Source: a virus. From it: 64,000 nt of DNA. The translations under genes were made by a program, and so were the position numbers. Below are positions 9,801 to 18,567 of this stretch, piece after piece; position 1 is the stretch's first letter; every line of letters begins with the position of its first letter. The DNA is taken from IMG/VR virus record IMGVR_UViG_3300023084_000004; one strand, given 5' to 3'. The notes beneath the pieces are model-generated. The model was not told where the DNA came from. It searched no databases and was given only the letters and a program-made list of their open reading frames with translations.

Positions 9801-12800
9801 TCTTGAAGCTACATTACCACCGTGCATTGCATCCCAAGTTACTGAATCAATAATATATCCAAGATCTCTTTCACACTTAGCTGAATCATAAACTAGTGAA
9901 CCATAGTTTTGTGCAATCCAAGCAGTCATTTCAGCTTGCATGAATGCTTTGTTATTTTGTAATTGTTCTCTTGCGTTGATGCCATTAGCACCAGCTTGTG
10001 AAGCAGCTCCAAATGATATTGTATCAGGAGTATTATTACCCATAATATCAATAATTTCATTAAATGCTGCTTGTGCTCTTTCTCTTGCACCATCATCAGT
10101 AATCGATCTTACTGCGATGTCTCTAGCGTATTCAACACCTTTAATTGTTTCTGTAAGTTGTTCATTCACAACTAGATTTGTTCCAGCAGTACCTGAACGA
10201 TATGCTAATCCATTAAAGACTGAATTGAAGTTTGAATCTGCTAATACGTCTCTTGCAACTGCTTTAACAATTGTTTCGATATCACGCTTACACTTATCTC
10301 CATCGAAAGTAAAGTATTTGTCTCTTAAGTATGCAATCGTATCGGCAGCAATAAAGTCTTTGTTTAATTGAATTTGCTTACGTGCTTGTGTTCTATTTGA
10401 ATCAACTGTAGGATCAACTTGTGTTGTAGTTAAGTTTTCGTCAGATGCGTCATCTACTACATTAGCAATAATTTCTATAAGATCATGTACCGCAGTACCT
10501 GTTGCCGCGTCAGCCGGTGTTCCAGAAGTATCTTGTGTTGGAACATTATTTGCTGAAGGAGTAATTGAAATTTCTTGTACAACATCGCTTGCAACATCAG
10601 CTAATCTTTGGAATGCAAGTTTTGTAGGTATGCGTTGCTCTTCAGGAAGAATATTAATTAAAGTACGTAAACCTGAAACGTTTGCTGTCTTGTATGTTTC
10701 AGCAGTATCTCTAAATTGTCCTGAAACTTCAATTGGAAGAACGTTAATTGATCTGAGTTGTTCTAAATCAGCAGAAATTTCATTGTCTAATCTAAAGTAG
10801 TATTTTGCTGCTTCGATAGTATTAGCATTACCACCATAGATAATATCTTTAGAAACGGCGTCAATAATAAGACCAACATCTCTTCTACATGTCGCTTTAT
10901 CGTATGGTAAACCTTTCCATTCTCTTCTTACATAACCGATAACGTCATCTTGAAGAACCTCTGTTTGTCCATCAATCTTATTAACTGCATCAGCATAACC
11001 AGTTTCAATAATTGGTTCTACATATTCTGGTAACCAAGTAAGTGTATTGTCTCTAATAACGTTAGTTGTAATTTCTACTAATTCTTTAACTTTATTAGCA
11101 ACTGCAATACCTGCATCTGTTTGTGAAACATCTTGTGTTGCAGCATTACCGCTTGTTACTGAAACTGCTTGGTCTCTAACAATTTGATAACATACTTCTG
11201 CAATGTGTGCCCATGTTTTAGCAGTTGGTAAAATTTGATCACCTGGTAATACAGAAATTGCATTATCATAATACATTCTAGCGAAGTTTACAGAAGCTGC
11301 GTTTGAACCATGTTGGATATCCCAAGAAACTGCGTCGATCAAGAATCCTGTATCTCTTTCACACTTAGCAACATCATATACAAGATTTGGCCAAGTTTGA
11401 GCAATATATGCTGTAACTTCAGCTGCTAGGAATGCTTTGTTTAATTGTAATGCAGTTCTTGCGGTTGTATGATTTGCGCTTACAGTGTTTGTTCCAAATG
11501 TAAGAACATCAGCATTACCAGTACCGTTATTTAGAATATCAATTATTTCATCGAATGCTGCATTTGCTCTTGTTAAAGAATTTCCTGTTAATTCATTTGC
11601 AATTTCTGATTTTAAGAAATTAATCGAACCAGTAGTTTGTGGTAATTGATCTGAAACAACTAGATTAATACTTCCTGAACCAAGTTGATATGAAAGACCT
11701 GCAAACACTGCGTTATAATTTGAACCTGTTGCAACATCTCTTCGTATTGCATCAAGAATTAAACCTGTATCTCTTGAACATTTTGCTCCATCAAATACAA
11801 AATAATTATCATCTAAATAAGCCATGATTTCGTCTTGAATCATGTTCCTATTGATTTGTAATTGCTCTGCAGCTCTTTGTCCGTCTGAATTATATGTTAC
11901 TTTAGCAACAGCATGATTTGCTGCAGATACAAATGTATGAGCACCACCAGCACCAACTCCAACATTTACTGTAATATCATCACCAGCAACAGTTGTAATT
12001 CTCATTGGAGTATTATAGTTGCCGTCACCTTTTCTTGGGTATGAATGTTCTGTTGCATTACCATCAGAAGCACAAGTAAATGTTAAACTGTATGGAGCAA
12101 ATTCAATATAATCATCAACTAATAAATTATGTCCTGGAATCGTTACGACACTGATTCCAGTTACTGGATCGTATGTAGCTGTTGTTGGTGTATAATATTG
12201 TAAGTAATTTGAAGGATCTGTCCAAATGATAGGATCTCCAACAATACAATCGTCATCTGCTCTTACAAAGGTATGTGCACCAGTATAACCGTTAGCATCT
12301 CCAACATTCATCGTAATTGTTGTAGAAGTAATTCCTGTAATTTTTACAGGTGTTTTATACGCTGGATCTGTAGGTCTTGGATGAACGATTTCAATACTAT
12401 TACATTCAAATACAACACTCTCTGGTTTAATTTCTACATAATCACCAACTACAAATGAGTGTTGCCCGATTGTTGCTTCAAATTCTCCTGTGATAGGATC
12501 GTATGTAGCAGTTGATAATGAGAATGTTGGAATATATGTTGCTGCTTTAACACAATCAGCATCAGCAGCTACAAAGGTATGTGCACCAGTATAACCACCG
12601 GCATCTCCAGCATTAAATTCAATTGTGGTTGAGGTAACCTTATTAATTGTTAAAGGAGTCCTGTAGGCAGGATCTGTGGGTCTTGGATGCACAATATTAA
12701 CAGAAGGAGAACCACACTGCCAAGTTAAACTTAAATCATCTAATACAATTTTATCACCTTGTTTAAAGTCGTGAGCACCAATTGTAAGACTTGTAATACC

Positions 12801-15800
12801 AGTTAATGGATCGTATGTTCCATTAGTTGGAGTATATGATTTACCTTTACTTTCTACAATATCAATAAGTTGTCTAAATGACTCGTCAGATCTATGAATT
12901 GATGCAGCATCAGTAATAGTGTTATTAGCAATAAGTTGTTTTAATTCGTTAAAGGCACCAACTGTTTCTGGTCTTTCGTTATACCAGTTTCTTAATGTTC
13001 CTTGATTACCTTGTCTGTATGCAACACCTGCTTGTTTAGCATTAAAGTTTGTACCAGTAATAATATCTCTTTCGATTGCTGGTAAAATGTGCTGAATAAC
13101 ATCTCTTTCACATTTTTCTGAATCATATCTGAAGTAGTTATAATCAATATAACCCATCATATGATCTTGAATAAAGTTTTTGTTATTCTGTAATTGAATT
13201 CGTGCGTTACGCTTACTTGAAATAATATTTGTATTATCAGAGAATCTTATTTTAGAACTTGCAAGAATAACTGAATTTACGTCTGCACTTACAAAAGTAT
13301 GTGGAGCAACATAAGCCGCAGGACCAACATTAATTGTAATTGATGTTGGAGTTGTTGCTTCAATTTCTAGAGGACTTCTGTAAGCAGGATCTCCAACTCT
13401 TGGATGCGATAGTGTTGTGACTGTACCATCACCCTCACAAGAGAATGAAATACTTCCAGGCTTGAGAATTACTTTATCTCCAACACTTAATCCATGTCTA
13501 CCAGCAAGTGTAAGTACAGCAATACCAGTTTCTGCATCGTATGTTCCATCTATAGGAGTCCATGCAACATCAGAAGCTGCAGTTATTGCATCTTTATAAG
13601 CACTCACAAATGTATGAGCACCTGTATAACCATTTGCGTCACCTGCTTGAACAGTTACTGTTGTTGCTGTTTTATTAAGAACAACGTATGGCTTGTTATA
13701 GAAAGGATCGGTTGTTCTTGGGTGAGAAATTGTTACACCACTACCACAACTAAATGTCATTCCATTTGGTTTGATAAAGAATGAATCACCAACTGCAAAA
13801 TTATGTGAACCAATTGTTACTGTCATAATTCCAGTTACTGGATCGTATGTCGCATCTGTAGGTGTATAAGAAGCATCTACTTGTGCAAATCTTCCACCAT
13901 CACCTTCAAGTATTCCAATAATTTCGTCAAATGCTTCATCAGATCTTGCAGAACCAATATAGCTGTTTGCGTCAAGTATTTCGTTTGTTTGATCTTTAAG
14001 TCTTCGATATGCAGAGATTGTTTCATCTCTTTGTTTATCAATAACTTTCTTAGCAGCATTCATGTAATAAGCATTACCTGCAGTTACTGCATTATAGTTT
14101 GTTTCTAATAACATATCGTACTTAACGGCAGGTAAAATATATTCTGTAACATCTCTTCTACATTTTACACTATCGTAAGCAAAGAATTCGTCGTTATTGT
14201 CAATCCAATCTGTAAGTTCATCTTGGATAAATGATCTGTTGTCTTGTAATAATTCTCTAGCTGCTGTTCTTTCAACTTTACCAGAATCAACCCATGTAAT
14301 TGGGTTCATATTTTCTTCACCATATTGAAGAACATTATAGAGTTCTTGCATTGAAGTATTTGCGCGATTAATAATTTCAGTTGAACCTTCAAAAATAGAT
14401 TCAACGCGCGATTGCAAGTATTGGTTAGCGCCAAGAGTTTCTTCTAATTGATCTCCTGGAACAATGTATGAAATTGGTGAGCGATAAGTAATACCAGCTA
14501 ATCTACCCCAATAATTAGAATCAAGTGCAATATCGTATCCTAATCCATCAACAATAATTCTACTATCTCTTTCACATTTACCTGCATCATAACCAGTATA
14601 ACCTAATCCACCATTTGCTGAATTTGCAGTGAGATATTCAACCATATCATCAACGATATCGTCATAAGCATTCTCGATAGTGTCAGCAAATACTGTGTTA
14701 CCAAATATAGTTGCGTTAGTTGATTTAGGTGCGAAGAACTGAGTTGTACCTTTTGCTCTCATTGAGATGTCACCGAACTGAGTACCTGAGTTGTTCAGTG
14801 TCATTTGTCCACCATTCAATGCATAGAATGCGCATCGTACGAAAATGGATAGAGAACCGATACCGTTAACACCAGCACCGTCTCGAGCAACATAACCCAT
14901 ACCGTTTTGAGAACGAGGTGTGAAACCGAAACATAATACGTAAGTATATAATGAATCTGGGTCTAATACTCTTCTATCTGCAAGTAGACATCCACCACCT
15001 CTTCCAACTAATCTGTTAGGGAAGTCGTCGATACCAATTGCGTCGATTGTAGCAGTACCACCAGATTCAGATGTAATAGTATCTCCAACCGCAAAACCTT
15101 TGTTGTTCTTTAAGTTTCTTACGTGAATCTTATTATCAGAAGCAAGTTCAGAAACATAAGATACGAAACCAACTGCACCAGATGAGAATGTAATCTCATC
15201 ATCAACTGCAAATCCGCTAACAGCTGACACATTACTTAATGTAAACTCTCTACCTAAATCGTCGAGTGTACCTTTACTGTTATATGGGTTTAGAGGTGGT
15301 TCAACATCTACCCTGTTAAAGTTAGATAATTGAGAACTGTCTCTGATGTATGGTGAACGGAGTAACTTAGCACCAGGTCTGTAAGCAACGGCGAATCCAC
15401 CTTCTGGATAATCGAAGTTATCGATTTTCCAGTTCATATAAGCAAAACCTTGAACGTAGTTACCAGAACCAACTAACCAACAGTTATTATTTTCATAACC
15501 AGGAAGTGCTTCAATAACTGTAGCATATTGTCCAGCTTTAGAAGTAACCGCACAATCATCTGGAATTGCAAGTTCACCTTTTGTATAATAAGTACCTTGT
15601 CCTACTTCAATATGAACTGCGTTGTTTAATGAGTTTCTATCATAAGAACCACCTGCTTTTTCTAAAGCAAGTTCACATGCTCTTTCAAGTGTACGAACTG
15701 GTTGTAATTCAGTACCTGGATATTCGTCATTACCTTTAGCAGCATCTACAGAAACTTTTAATGCTGATTGAGTAGATTTTGATACTTCGTTGAATAATTG

Positions 15801-16988
15801 TTTGTAAGAAATTTGTTCTGTTTCACCAGTTTTTTCATTTCGAATTGCAAAGTAACTTTCTTCATCAATAGGAGCTTCAAACTCTTTAGTAAGCTCCATA
15901 TCGAAGTCAACAAGTTGAGATGAATCAATTACACCACCTGAGAATGTTGATTGTGAAAGTGTACCATTATCGAATGATGAATTTGTTGAAGATAATCCAT
16001 CAGCTGAAGAACTGGTAATCGTTAAATCGTTAGCAACCACTCCGTCCATTGTACCAGCAAATGAGGTATTTGAAATGGATCCATTTTGGAATACGGAATA
16101 ATCAATTGTTGAATTTGTAAGTACTACATTATTGCCTGTACCATCATTAAATTCTGATTGAGTAATAACTGTATTGTTAACTGTACCATCATTAAATTCT
16201 GAAGTTGTGATAACAGTATTACTAATATTTCCTTCATAGAAATTAGAAGCACTAATATCTGTTGTTGTAATATCTGAATTTGAAAGAGATACATCAACAC
16301 CAACAACAGTAGACATTGTACCGCTATTGAATTCTGAACTTGAAATGACTGTATTATTAACTGTACCATCATTAAATTCTGATTGAGTAATGACAATATT
16401 GTTTGCTGTAGAATTTGAGATTGTGCCATCAGTAAATGATGAATTAGCAAGTCTAATATTATCACCATCAACATTAGACATATCGCCATTTTGGAATGTT
16501 GAACTATCGATGGTTGAATTATTGAGTACTACGTTGTTACCAGTACCATCATTAAATTCTGATTGAGTAATGACAATATTATTTGCGGTACCATCTGAGA
16601 AATCAGAATTGGTAATTGTCATTGTATTTGCTGTTGTAGCAAATATCGTTCCAAGCTGGAACGAAGAGTAAGACATTACAATGTTGTTAGCGTCAGAGTT
16701 TGTTATTTCGGTTCTATCAATACTACCACGAACAAAATCTGTATCTTCAATATCTGAATTGTCAATAATAACATTATCAAGTCTTGAATCTGACATGACA
16801 ACACCGGAGATAGTACCTCCAGTGATGGTGATTCTTGAAAAAATCTCGTATTGAATGGCTTCGACTAATTCTTTACGAGTTATGTTTTTGGTACCATCGT
16901 CACCTTGAACAAGGTTAACAATAACGAACAGGTCTTCCGACCTGGTATTTGCACCTGTAATTGTACCTAGTTCTGAAATTTTTGACAT
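6849..16988 (-). CDS. Giant virion structural protein, 3379 aa, multi-repeat
   Basis: N-terminal S/N/D/T-rich repeats; a beta-helix-like region starting VSVDAAKGNDEYPGTELQPVRT; 11 CxRD helical repeats plus one degenerate copy; 6 TYDPxTG...HPR...HTFV repeats. Confidence 0.8.
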   Translation of the reverse strand: MSKISELGTITGANTRSEDLFVIVNLVQGDDGTKNITRKELVEAIQYEIFSRITITGGTISGVVMSDSRLDNVIIDNSDIEDTDFVRGSIDRTEITNSDANNIVMSYSSFQLGTIFATTANTMTITNSDFSDGTANNIVITQSEFNDGTGNNVVLNNSTIDSSTFQNGDMSNVDGDNIRLANSSFTDGTISNSTANNIVITQSEFNDGTVNNTVISSSEFNSGTMSTVVGVDVSLSNSDITTTDISASNFYEGNISNTVITTSEFNDGTVNNTVITQSEFNDGTGNNVVLTNSTIDYSVFQNGSISNTSFAGTMDGVVANDLTITSSSADGLSSTNSSFDNGTLSQSTFSGGVIDSSQLVDFDMELTKEFEAPIDEESYFAIRNEKTGETEQISYKQLFNEVSKSTQSALKVSVDAAKGNDEYPGTELQPVRTLERACELALEKAGGSYDRNSLNNAVHIEVGQGTYYTKGELAIPDDCAVTSKAGQYATVIEALPGYENNNCWLVGSGNYVQGFAYMNWKIDNFDYPEGGFAVAYRPGAKLLRSPYIRDSSQLSNFNRVDVEPPLNPYNSKGTLDDLGREFTLSNVSAVSGFAVDDEITFSSGAVGFVSYVSELASDNKIHVRNLKNNKGFAVGDTITSESGGTATIDAIGIDDFPNRLVGRGGGCLLADRRVLDPDSLYTYVLCFGFTPRSQNGMGYVARDGAGVNGIGSLSIFVRCAFYALNGGQMTLNNSGTQFGDISMRAKGTTQFFAPKSTNATIFGNTVFADTIENAYDDIVDDMVEYLTANSANGGLGYTGYDAGKCERDSRIIVDGLGYDIALDSNYWGRLAGITYRSPISYIVPGDQLEETLGANQYLQSRVESIFEGSTEIINRANTSMQELYNVLQYGEENMNPITWVDSGKVERTAARELLQDNRSFIQDELTDWIDNNDEFFAYDSVKCRRDVTEYILPAVKYDMLLETNYNAVTAGNAYYMNAAKKVIDKQRDETISAYRRLKDQTNEILDANSYIGSARSDEAFDEIIGILEGDGGRFAQVDASYTPTDATYDPVTGIMTVTIGSHNFAVGDSFFIKPNGMTFSCGSGVTISHPRTTDPFYNKPYVVLNKTATTVTVQAGDANGYTGAHTFVSAYKDAITAASDVAWTPIDGTYDAETGIAVLTLAGRHGLSVGDKVILKPGSISFSCEGDGTVTTLSHPRVGDPAYRSPLEIEATTPTSITINVGPAAYVAPHTFVSADVNSVILASSKIRFSDNTNIISSKRNARIQLQNNKNFIQDHMMGYIDYNYFRYDSEKCERDVIQHILPAIERDIITGTNFNAKQAGVAYRQGNQGTLRNWYNERPETVGAFNELKQLIANNTITDAASIHRSDESFRQLIDIVESKGKSYTPTNGTYDPLTGITSLTIGAHDFKQGDKIVLDDLSLTWQCGSPSVNIVHPRPTDPAYRTPLTINKVTSTTIEFNAGDAGGYTGAHTFVAADADCVKAATYIPTFSLSTATYDPITGEFEATIGQHSFVVGDYVEIKPESVVFECNSIEIVHPRPTDPAYKTPVKITGITSTTITMNVGDANGYTGAHTFVRADDDCIVGDPIIWTDPSNYLQYYTPTTATYDPVTGISVVTIPGHNLLVDDYIEFAPYSLTFTCASDGNATEHSYPRKGDGNYNTPMRITTVAGDDITVNVGVGAGGAHTFVSAANHAVAKVTYNSDGQRAAEQLQINRNMIQDEIMAYLDDNYFVFDGAKCSRDTGLILDAIRRDVATGSNYNAVFAGLSYQLGSGSINLVVSDQLPQTTGSINFLKSEIANELTGNSLTRANAAFDEIIDILNNGTGNADVLTFGTNTVSANHTTARTALQLNKAFLAAEVTAYIAQTWPNLVYDVAKCERDTGFLIDAVSWDIQHGSNAASVNFARMYYDNAISVLPGDQILPTAKTWAHIAEVCYQIVRDQAVSVTSGNAATQDVSQTDAGIAVANKVKELVEITTNVIRDNTLTWLPEYVEPIIETGYADAVNKIDGQTEVLQDDVIGYVRREWKGLPYDKATCRRDVGLIIDAVSKDIIYGGNANTIEAAKYYFRLDNEISADLEQLRSINVLPIEVSGQFRDTAETYKTANVSGLRTLINILPEEQRIPTKLAFQRLADVASDVVQEISITPSANNVPTQDTSGTPADAATGTAVHDLIEIIANVVDDASDENLTTTQVDPTVDSNRTQARKQIQLNKDFIAADTIAYLRDKYFTFDGDKCKRDIETIVKAVARDVLADSNFNSVFNGLAYRSGTAGTNLVVNEQLTETIKGVEYARDIAVRSITDDGARERAQAAFNEIIDIMGNNTPDTISFGAASQAGANGINAREQLQNNKAFMQAEMTAWIAQNYGSLVYDSAKCERDLGYIIDSVTWDAMHGGNVASRWNANIYFENAVAILPEDQRAPTAAAFAHIATVAELVVQDSAVTKTTGNAENQSFASGNAGAAMALKVRQMFELVSDAIDNDGIDSLPAEELPNLAGYQAEYQTAYAQLVTSISGIQDGILTYLARFFEILPYDEDKCRRDIGYVLDAVSHDIQYGGNAATLNAAYMYFDNAVSTLPVFQREASKKAFTHVSNLVEQCVRRLDVDQTDWVKRKFGVSTATYSPTTGETVITTTSPHYMSVGDHIIIAEEGITFECGSPAVQISHPRRTDPAFKKPLEITAVTSNTFTVNTGYAKQYTGAHTFVSAIPNAILQIDGNIEKQDQTQIAGSPEIAIRAQNLVKIVANVVDKGSYVSFPDRVDPVQTWQRTPYVASKELIEDESVNLAASILNYISNVHNGLSFPEQRCRRDIGYLIDAISHDIQYDGNYATRIAAQIYFDWGVSVLPADTRTQTADVYNYLGTVLDAVVQEDGSIANTTYTDTPFDTTGTPATAVEGARVSDLIGIVEDVIRANSLDSMPGLVQPTTAWVASDVIGAAQQIDDNLEILANDMIEYINTEFDVLDYNRDKCRRDVGYLLDAFSYDLNYGGNIASRWNADFYFWNNQYRVPEDQRVATAKAYKQLGVICKDIVVGKYPNQVALGELGTQVEAEKVQNLANIFYKTQFFKDTKYLPAKEEPDYTYSGDQFTSAQFILEQNKLDLAFDVVRFVNSTYDFIDIGLTRRDGYNLLEAITNDFRYEDASAGTPVYGDVAGSQKSTRSFTAAFFDQKGQHTFPVFNPSNAAYKYQGSVEQLSDLAAITGQKPNHAYIVASNYATNHFAGDIYYWNGTTWVLDGPNDTSLLDAFTGAWDRMRDYIVDNLSPNSQHDLMVEGLFNDCLKDNILRPETLVFGSLVESIAHQFNGASAGVNRNALPLNFRNLGSAISAVASVLSEDGGRIRWSGADELNNQYFARGLRINGRTGRIEGRPFTSSVRKLARRASNSRAVI
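16138..16580 (-). repeat. Near-identical coding repeats in the N-terminal region of the giant protein
   Basis: 38-nt GTACCATCATTAAATTCTGATTGAGTAATGACAATATT identical at 16363-16400 and 16543-16580; its first 29 nt recur at 16138-16166. Confidence 0.85.
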
Positions 16989-17012
16989 TGATTAGTCTTC
17001 CCTGTTTCTTTT

Positions 17013-17020
17013 TATTTATT
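17013..17020 (-). promoter_or_regulatory. Late-promoter variant AATAAATA
   Basis: Intergenic, 25 nt upstream of the giant protein ATG. Confidence 0.55.
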
Positions 17021-17027
17021 AGACCAA

Positions 17028-18368
17028 TTACAAATTATCGCCGTTATTAAGACGATTTTCTAAATCATTTACCTTTCCTGTCAATTCTTTTATTGCTTCT
17101 AAAAGAAGAGGTACGATATTACTATATCTTACCGCTTTATATGTTTCATCTTCTTTTTGCACATCATATACTACTTCTGGTAAAACTTTTTCAATTTCTT
17201 GAGCAATTACACCTGGTAATTTTTGCTCTGGGTTGTCTTTATAGTTAAATGTGTAACCGTTAATTCGTTGTACTGTATCTAGCGCATTATTAATTGGTAC
17301 TATATTTTCTTTTAATCTTTGATCTGACAGTGTACCATTTGATGTAATATCGCCTACCGTTACGATATTTCCGTTTTCATAAATTCTTGCTTTTGCTGTG
17401 GAACCTTCATACCAAGCCACATCACCATAAAATATACTTAATTTTGAATTATCGCTTGAAGAACCACAAATTATTCCATTTTCTGATCTAACACCATTTG
17501 CACCGTTAACATAAAGATTTCCTTCTGTTACGAATCTTGTTCCGTCAATAAGTAAAACTTTTGTCCAAGCACTAGTTCCGCCAGGAGTTCCTCTACCTAT
17601 TTCAAGTTCTAATTGAGTTTCACTTAATAGACCTGTACCACTTGATGTGCATAACCAACGAGTACCAAGACCACTTGGATCAAATCCGTTTGTCGCAACT
17701 CCATCTTTAATTGTTACGCTTTCAAATTGTACATCATCTATAGTTTCAATATTACCGCCACTAGTGATGTTAATATTTTGTCCTGCTCCAAACGCTGCTC
17801 TCGCTCTATCATCTGTATAGAATAAGTTTGTTGTACCTTCTGTAAGATCGTCTGAACTTAATCCAGATCCACCACCACCAATTGACAAGCTTCCAACAGT
17901 TAAAGAACCTGTTACAACTGCGTCAGGAACTGTTAATGTACCGGCAGTTGATAGTTGAAACTTATTAGCACCTGTACCAGTATCGATAATGAAGTTTGCT
18001 GGATTGGAATTTTCCATACCAACATCCCAACTTACACTACCATTTGTAAATCTTACTTGTCCGCCTGATGCACCATAATTAAATATTGCTGTTGTTGCTG
18101 ATGAACCATTAACTTGAATTGGTGAATTAAATTGTATTGTTTGTCCACCAGTACGAGAGGCTATTGTGTCAGATGATAATAAAGTACTTGCAATTAAATT
18201 AGTTGCAGTAAAGTCACCAACAAGAGTAGCATCACCTGTTGTTTGGTCGCCTAATGCGGATGCAGTAATTGCATCTGTTCTAAAAATATCAACAAGATCG
18301 TTAGTCTTATCAAACCAGTTTTGAAAAGTTTGCGATGTTGTTATATTTGGTAATGCTGGTTTAGCCAT
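17028..18368 (-). CDS. Tail fibre protein with C-terminal S74 chaperone (446 aa)
   Basis: N-terminal TFQNWFDKTN fibre-anchor-like motif. C-terminal SDQRLKENI...GVIAQEIEKVLPEVV...YSNIVPLLLEAIKEL. Confidence 0.8.
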   Translation of the reverse strand: MAKPALPNITTSQTFQNWFDKTNDLVDIFRTDAITASALGDQTTGDATLVGDFTATNLIASTLLSSDTIASRTGGQTIQFNSPIQVNGSSATTAIFNYGASGGQVRFTNGSVSWDVGMENSNPANFIIDTGTGANKFQLSTAGTLTVPDAVVTGSLTVGSLSIGGGGSGLSSDDLTEGTTNLFYTDDRARAAFGAGQNINITSGGNIETIDDVQFESVTIKDGVATNGFDPSGLGTRWLCTSSGTGLLSETQLELEIGRGTPGGTSAWTKVLLIDGTRFVTEGNLYVNGANGVRSENGIICGSSSDNSKLSIFYGDVAWYEGSTAKARIYENGNIVTVGDITSNGTLSDQRLKENIVPINNALDTVQRINGYTFNYKDNPEQKLPGVIAQEIEKVLPEVVYDVQKEDETYKAVRYSNIVPLLLEAIKELTGKVNDLENRLNNGDNL

Positions 18369-18370
18369 CT

Positions 18371-18556
18371 CTATCTATTTTCCAATTTTTCTATTTTTTC
18401 GTAAATTGTAATAATGCTTCTTTTGATCTCTAGAATATCTTGCTGAAGCTTATCGACCTTTCTATAATAGCTTCTTTCTACTTTATATTTATTCAGAGCC
18501 TCGATATCGTTATTAACTATCGCGTTAGAATGTGGGTCTCGAACTAATTTAGTCAT
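18371..18556 (-). CDS. Small coiled-coil hypothetical protein (61 aa)
   Basis: ORF track; tightly packed between structural genes, same strand. Confidence 0.6.
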   Translation of the reverse strand: MTKLVRDPHSNAIVNNDIEALNKYKVERSYYRKVDKLQQDILEIKRSIITIYEKIEKLENR

Positions 18557-18567
18557 AACAAAATCTC

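Noticed and set aside
7694-16489. Short overlapping ORFs on both strands within the giant gene (and similar ones within other long genes)
   Set aside because: They are fully nested in long coherent CDSs, have biased shadow-frame composition and no RBS or family motifs.
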